Source: Nemertoderma westbladi
Taxonomy: Eukaryota; Animalia; Xenacoelomorpha
NCBI GenBank assembly: GCA_032718475.1
Contig: JAUCBJ010001577.1
Span: 1 to 64,000 of the forward strand
DNA: 64,000 nucleotides
Direction of reading: 5' to 3'
In this document: positions 58,641 through 64,000 of the stretch, piece by piece
Position numbering within the stretch: position 1 is the first letter of the stretch
Layout: each line of letters begins with the position of its first letter
The notes under the pieces: model-generated
Databases searched by the model: none
What the model was told of the DNA's origin: nothing
What the model saw: only the letters and a program-made list of their open reading frames with translations
Position numbers and translations under genes: made by a program

Positions 58641-60449
58641 GGACCCGCAACAGTTTTAGACGTTATGTATCAGAAAACATTTACTTGTATTCGTAATAGA
58701 GAACATGGACTCGTATTCATTTATTTAGTTAATTCAATGCAAAATTTTAAAAAAATTTTAAATTAAAAAAAAAAATTATTTGGGTTGTAAATTGGTGAAA
58801 TTAGTTAGTGAAACAATAAATATAATATGCGTCAGATTAATAATTCTTACAGTAATCAAGTCTAACGACTTGCTAATTTTAAATAAAAGAGACAACGAGA
58901 ATTAGTATAGAACTAATAATTATGTAAAAATACAATCATATTTCATACAATAATTATTAATAAATTCGATCTATTATTAGTTGCTCAATTCTAGAACAAA
59001 ATCAACCTGAAACTAGTGAAGACCTCGTTTTGGAATTTCGAAACCACGCTGGTGCGATGCGCGATATCGTGTTTAGTTAATAAATTGAAAACTCCATCAA
59101 TTCATGTGCAACCAGTAATAAGAAATCACGATAAATGTAATTAAATAAAAATTATTCTAGAAAAAGTTTCCTTCAAAAGTATGAAGTCTTGGCATTGGTG
59201 ACGCGAAACTAGGCTAGTGAGATTCAGGATATTGCGTTTAATATAAAAATCGAAAACGCTATCGAATTCCATAAATGCGTTAATAAAATACTGCAACTTT
59301 TTTGAAATTTGTAAAATTCTAGAACTAGAAAAAATTAATTTTTGAACGGCGTTGTTTGGGGTTTCGAAACATGGATAGACTGAAAGAGGACATCGAATTA
59401 AGTTGAAAAATAAAAACCCCATCGAATTTGGACAAAGCGTTCCGGAGTTATAGCGGATCGAAAAAAATTGACCCCCCCCAGTCGCCAAAAATTTACAGTA
59501 ATTTAAAATTTTGCAAAAAAAATTTTTTGCGTTATTTTTGATGGCGAATCGATTGGCAGTACTGGCTACGAAAAAATTTTTTTGAAATTTTTGGTCAGAA
59601 AAAAAAACATGGAAAAAGTATATTTTTAAAAAGATTCGTCTTTGCCTATGGTCAGAGAATGATCCAACTCTGTAACTTGGCAATCGCTCAAATCCATTCA
59701 GCTGAATGGCACAGTAGAGTAAACTAAAGTAAATTCCCTATACAATGTTCTGAAGGGGAGACTGACAGAGAGTAATCCAACAATAAAACATTTTGCAATA
59801 ATGTTGGCATTAATGTAGCCAACACACTGTGTACTAAACCGTCATTCAGCTTACATTAGCAGAGGGAGAAACTTGGATACTCAACTAGAATGCATTGGGA
59901 AGAGTTATTCAGCTGAGGCAATAATAGATTTCAAACTAAACCAACCAGTTTATATTTGCTTTGACAGGGCCTAAACAAACAGTATGGGTGTACTAAGTAC
60001 AATAATCTTGGCAACCTCATCGATTTATACTAAGCCTTGTGTAGAAATCCATTACATAAGCCATTTTTCATTACGACACCAGCTGTTATTGGTGTTATTT
60101 TACCATTGCGCCTATGGCGTTTTTTCGTTTATGTCTATTTTTCGAGCCCACGGCTCATGGACGAAATAGCGGAACATACCAGGGACCTTAGAATCCCGGT
60201 ATCTAGCCGCTGTGAAAATTTCATCAAAATCGTTAGAGTAGTTTTGGCTGTAGATCAGTCAGTCAGCCAGCCACGAGCAATTCTTACAGTAATGAACCTC
60301 TCGGTTCCTAACTAGTGACGGGCCTAGCGGCCCGATAAGGAACCGACTTTTTATTTCAAATAAAAGAGACAACGAGCTCGGCTCGGTCTTGCACGATTGG
60401 GCACGATTAAGTTCGACTTGGCTTGATCGGCTCGGTTTGGCTCGATTAG

Positions 60450-62050
60450 GCTCGGCTCAGCTCGGCTCGGCTCGGCTCGGCTCGGCTCGGCTCGGCTCGA
60501 CTCGGTTTGGCTCAGCTCGGCTCGGCTCGGCTCGGCTCGGCCCGGCTCGGCTCGGCTTGGCCCGGCTTGGCCCGGCTCGGCTCGGCTCGGCTCGGCTCGG
60601 CACGGCTCGGCACGGCTCGGTTCGGCTCGGCTCGGCTCGACTCGGCTTGGCTCGGCCTGGCTCGGCTCGGCTCGGCTCGGCTCGGCTTGGCTCGGCTCGG
60701 CTCGGCTCGGCTCGGCTCGGCTCGGCTCGGCTCGGCTCGGCTCGGCTCGGCTCGGCTCTGCTCGGCTCGGCACGGCTCGGCTCGGCTCGGCTCGGTTCGG
60801 CTCGGCTCGGCTCGGCTCGGCTCGGCCCGGCTCGGCTCGGCCCGGCTCGGCTCGGCTCAGCTCGGCTCGGCTCGGCACGGCTCGGCTCGGCTCGGCTCGG
60901 CACGGCTCGGTTCGGCTCAGCTCAGCTCGGCTCGGCTCGGCTCGGCTCGGCTCGACTCGGCTCGGCTCCGCTCGGCTCGGCTCGGCTCGGCTCTGCTCGG
61001 CTCGGCTCGGCTCGGCACGGCTCGGCTCGGTTCGGCTCAGCTCGGCTCGGCTCGGCTCGGCCCGGCTCGGCTCGGCTCAGCTCGGCTCGGCTCGGCACGG
61101 CTCGGCTCGGCTCGGCTCGGCTCGGCTCGGCTCGGCTCAGCTCGGCTCGGCTCGGCTCGGCTCGGCTCGGCTCGGCTCGGCTCCGCTCGGCTTGGCTCGG
61201 CCTGGCTCGGCTCGGTTCGGCTCGGCTCGGCTCGGCTCGGTTCGGCCTGGCTCGGCTCGGCTCGGCTCGGCACGGTTCGGCTCGGCTCGGCTCGGCTCGG
61301 CTCGGCTCGGCTTGGCTCGGCCTGGCTCGGCTCGGTTCGGTTCGGCCCGGCTCGGCTTGGCCCGGCTCGGCCTGGCTCGGCTTGGCTCGGCTCGGCTCGG
61401 CTCGGCTCGGCTCGGCTCGGCTCGGCTCGGCTCGGCTCGGCTCGGCTCGGCTCGGTTCGGCTCAGCTCGGCTCGGCTCGGCTCGACTCGGCTCGGCTCGG
61501 CTCGGCTCGGCTCGGCTCGGCTCGGCTCGGCTCGGCTCGGCTCGGCTCGGCTCGGCTCGGCTCGGCTCGGCTCGGCACGGCTCGGCTCGGCTCGGCTCGG
61601 CACGGCTCGGTTCGGCTCAGCTCGGCTCGGCTCGGCTCGGCTCGACTCGGCTCGGCTCGGCTCGGCTCGGCTCGGCTCGGTTCGGCTCAGCTCGGCTCGG
61701 CTCGGCTCGGCTCGGCTCGGCTCGGCTCGGCTCGGCTCGGCTCGGCTCGGCCTGGCTCGGCTCGGCTCGGCTCGGTTCGGCTCGGCTCGGCTCGGCTCGG
61801 CTCGGCTCGGCTCGGCTCGGCTCGGCTCGGCTCGGCACGGCTCGGCTCGGCTCGGCTCGGCTCGGCTCGGCTCGGCTCGGCTCGGCTCGGCTCGGCTCGG
61901 CTCGGCTCGGCTCGGCTCGGCTCGGCTCGGCTCGGCACGGCTTGGCTCGGCTCGGCTCGGCTTGGCTCGGCCCGGCCCGGCTCGGCTCGGCTTGGCCCAG
62001 CTCGGCTCGGCTCGGCTCGGCTCGGCTCGGCTCGGCTCGGCTCGGCTCGG
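60450..62050. repeat. Nearly pure (CTCGG)n array, ~1.6 kb
   Basis: Direct reading. Flanks are the same as those of the 45.9-47.2 kb array. Confidence 0.97.
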
Positions 62051-64000
62051 TCTGAGTCGACTCCCCGTGCTGCTCGAAGGGCGCAAATACATATATCGAA
62101 GGGTCAAAGCAAAACTCACGTGCTGCTCGAAGGGACAAAGTCAAACAATGTGTCTATTATTTGATGTAATTCACGTGCTGCTCGAAGGGCGCAAATACAT
62201 ATATCGAAGGGTCAAAGCAAAACTCACGTGCTGCTCGAAGGGACAAAGTCAAACATTGTGTCTATTATTTGATCATCTCACGTGCTGCTAGAAGGGCGCA
62301 ACTACATATATCGAAACAAGCCCCTGTCTTGTATTTTAATTATATCAGAAATCGTTGCCTTCAGTACAAATATCTAAAAATTCATTCACCTGAAGTATGG
62401 GTAACATTATAAATTCGTTTTTCGCACAGTAGAGTTAACTAAGCAAATACCCTCCAGGTTGACTGAATGATTCTATTAATGTTTGCCATGCATAATGTAC
62501 TATATTTGGGTCCCATGACCCACCCCATTGAACAGCTTTGCTTACATCTGATAGAAAGTAATCCCAAATTAACTTCCCTCTACGAAAATTATTTTAATTA
62601 AATACATACAACATAGCAGTCAACTCTGCTATCAACAGTACACAATAACTAAAATGGCATTCAGCTTACCAGCTATTCGCATTAAGCTAATAGATATTCG
62701 ATTTCATTGGATTCAGTGAGTGTGTGAGGGCTATTGGGAGAGCAATCTGCTTATGATGTAATACATTAGAATCCCACAGCTTTTGTTTGCTTACTGTCTG
62801 AGTTGTAGAGTGAGGATAATACTTGGCAGAGAAAGCATTTCCTTGTTAGGTGGCCATTCCTATAGAATAGCATTACTAGGCCATCTCTATGCATTTTTCA
62901 TGAGTGCCAGCTGGTGTTTTTATCATTGCGCCTACGGCGTTTTTTCGTTTACGTCTATTTTTCGAGCCCACGGCTCATGGACGAAATAGCGGAACATACC
63001 AGGGACCTTAGAATCGCGGTATCTAGCCGCTGTGAAAATTTCATCAAAATCGTTAGAGTAGTTTTGGCTGTAGATCAGTCAGTCAGCCAGCCAGCCAGCC
63101 AGCCAGCCACGAGCAATTCTTACAGTAATGAACCTCTCGGTTCCTAACTAGTGACGGGCCTAGCGGCCCGATAAGGAACCGACTTTTTACTTGCTAATTT
63201 TAATGAAAGAGACAACGAGAATTAGTATAGAACTAATAATTATGTAAAAATACAATCATATTTCATACAATAATTATTAATAAATTCGATCTATTATTAG
63301 TTGCTCAATTCTAGAACAAAATCGACCTGCAACTAGTGAAGACCTAATTTTGGAATTTCGAAACCACGCTGGTGCGATGCGCGATATCGTGTTTAGTTAA
63401 TAAATCGAAAACTCCATCAATTCATGTGCAACCAGTAATAAGAAATCGCGATAAATGTAATTAAATAAAAATTATTCTAGAAAAATTTTCCTCAAAAAGT
63501 ATGAAGTCTTGGCATTGGTAACGCGAAACTAGGCTAGTGAGATTCAGGATATTGCGTTTAATATAAAAATCGAAAACGCTATCGAATTCCGTAAAGGCGT
63601 TAATAAAATACTGCAACTTTTTTGAAATTTGTAAAATTCTAGAACTAGAAAAAATTAAATTTTGAACGGCGCTGTTTGGGGTTTCGAAACATGGATAGGC
63701 TGAAAGAGGACATCGAATTAAGTTGAAAAATAAAAACCCCGTCGAATTTGGACAAAGCGTTCCGGAGTTATAGCGGATCGAAAAAAATTGACCCCCCCCC
63801 AGTCGCCAAAAATTTACAGTAATTTAAAATTTTGCAAAGAAAATTTTTTGCGTTATTTTTGATGGCGAATCGATTGGCAGTACTGGCTAAGAAAATTTTT
63901 TTTTTCAAATTTTTGGTCAGAAAAAAAAACATTGAAAAAGTATCTTTTTAAAAAGATTTGATGTCTTTGCCTATGGTCAGATAATGATCCAACTCTGTAA

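Overview
AT-rich eukaryotic (probably invertebrate animal) DNA made almost entirely of transposon-derived sequence. (1) 1-11.9 kb: the 5' part of an apparently autonomous Helitron/Helentron on the minus strand. I assembled five GT-AG exons by hand into one open frame of about 1216 aa that runs off the left edge. It encodes a herpesvirus-tegument-like (VTD/peptidase C76) deubiquitinase, internal repeats, a DUF6570-like region and an HUH Rep domain. Its introns and upstream region carry small foldback/MITE elements. (2) 11.9-64 kb: a head-to-tail array of about 27 non-autonomous Helitron-like units, all in the same orientation as the Rep gene, joined at CTAG|TT junctions. Two terminus families (A and B) differ in sequence but fold the same way. 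A third unit type (C) carries a (CTCGG)n satellite in degenerate and re-expanded pure forms. (3) Nested insertions: a B element inside an A element; a full-length CRE-like RLE non-LTR retrotransposon with an N-terminal Ulp1 protease and 11-bp TSD, whose 3' UTR begins with a decayed histone H3 C-terminal coding segment; a 5'-truncated LINE; and a 378-bp insert with a 12-bp TSD. Nearly all short ORFs in the track are repeat artefacts. All calls come from reading the sequence; no searches were run.
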